Shown one piece after another: positions 34,259 to 34,399 of a stretch of DNA of 34,399 nt. The stretch spans positions 1 to 34,399 of the forward strand of contig JANRLW010000080.1 of the NCBI GenBank assembly GCA_033762295.1, read 5' to 3'. The DNA comes from Capsulimonadales bacterium (GTDB lineage Bacteria; Armatimonadota; Armatimonadia; Armatimonadales; Armatimonadaceae). Position 1 is the stretch's first letter; every line of letters begins with the position of its first letter. Both the position numbers and the translations under genes were made by a program. The notes beneath the pieces are model-generated. The model was not told where the DNA came from. It did no database searches and worked only from the letters and a program-made list of their open reading frames with translations.

Positions 34259-34336
34259 GTCAACTACCCCCGCCTAAAGGCGGAAGGGCTTGTAACGAAC
34301 CATGCAAAGCACGATTGCTACAATAGGCCAGTTGAC
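34259..34336. mobile_element. IS200/IS605-family element end with OMEGA (omega/reRNA)-like structure; element continues beyond the window
   Basis: GTCAACTACCCCCGCCTAAAGGCGGAAGGGCTTGT...AGTTGAC: subterminal hairpin CCGCC-TAAA-GGCGG, a second hairpin TTGTA...TACAA, closing stem GTCAACT/AGTTGAC. Confidence 0.75.
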
Positions 34337-34377
34337 AGACAGAGCGAACTCTACCTTTTGGTGGCCCGTGTCGTCGC

Positions 34378-34399
34378 TTGTAGTGGCTTGCCACTACAA
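34378..34399. repeat. Perfect palindrome at the window end
   Basis: TTGTAGTGGC-TT-GCCACTACAA. Confidence 0.8.

Noticed and set aside
1..34399. CRISPR array, rRNA, integrase/prophage or reverse transcriptase system
   Set aside because: No regularly spaced repeats, rRNA-like tracts or corresponding protein motifs seen; nearly all sequence is accounted for by CDS.

Overview
High-GC bacterial window; gene content suggests a diderm Terrabacterium, probably Armatimonadota (inference). Almost all genes lie on the minus strand. (1) Positions 1-21145 hold a six-gene, >21 kb type IV filament-like operon: four class III (prepilin) signal proteins of about 321, 727, 752 and 1048 aa (major-pilin/GspG-like, PilV-like, PilW-like, PilX/ComZ-like), then two giant Sec-exported beta-propeller proteins with Ca-binding-type loops (1757 aa and >=2248 aa). 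The last one is missing from the ORF track because it runs off the window start. Every intergenic spacer in this operon contains a stem-loop. (2) Positions 21434-31780 are housekeeping: glmU-prs-pth, a sugar epimerase on the opposite strand, lptC-lptA-lptB-lptF/G-DUF3084-yqgF and an SDR. (3) Positions 31953-34399 are accessory: an ECF sigma factor closely coupled to a soluble BY-type tyrosine kinase with no capsule genes nearby, a probably leaderless EreA/ChaN-like gene, and an IS200/IS605-family end with OMEGA-RNA-like structure at the window edge. All family calls come from motif recognition by eye; no searches were run.
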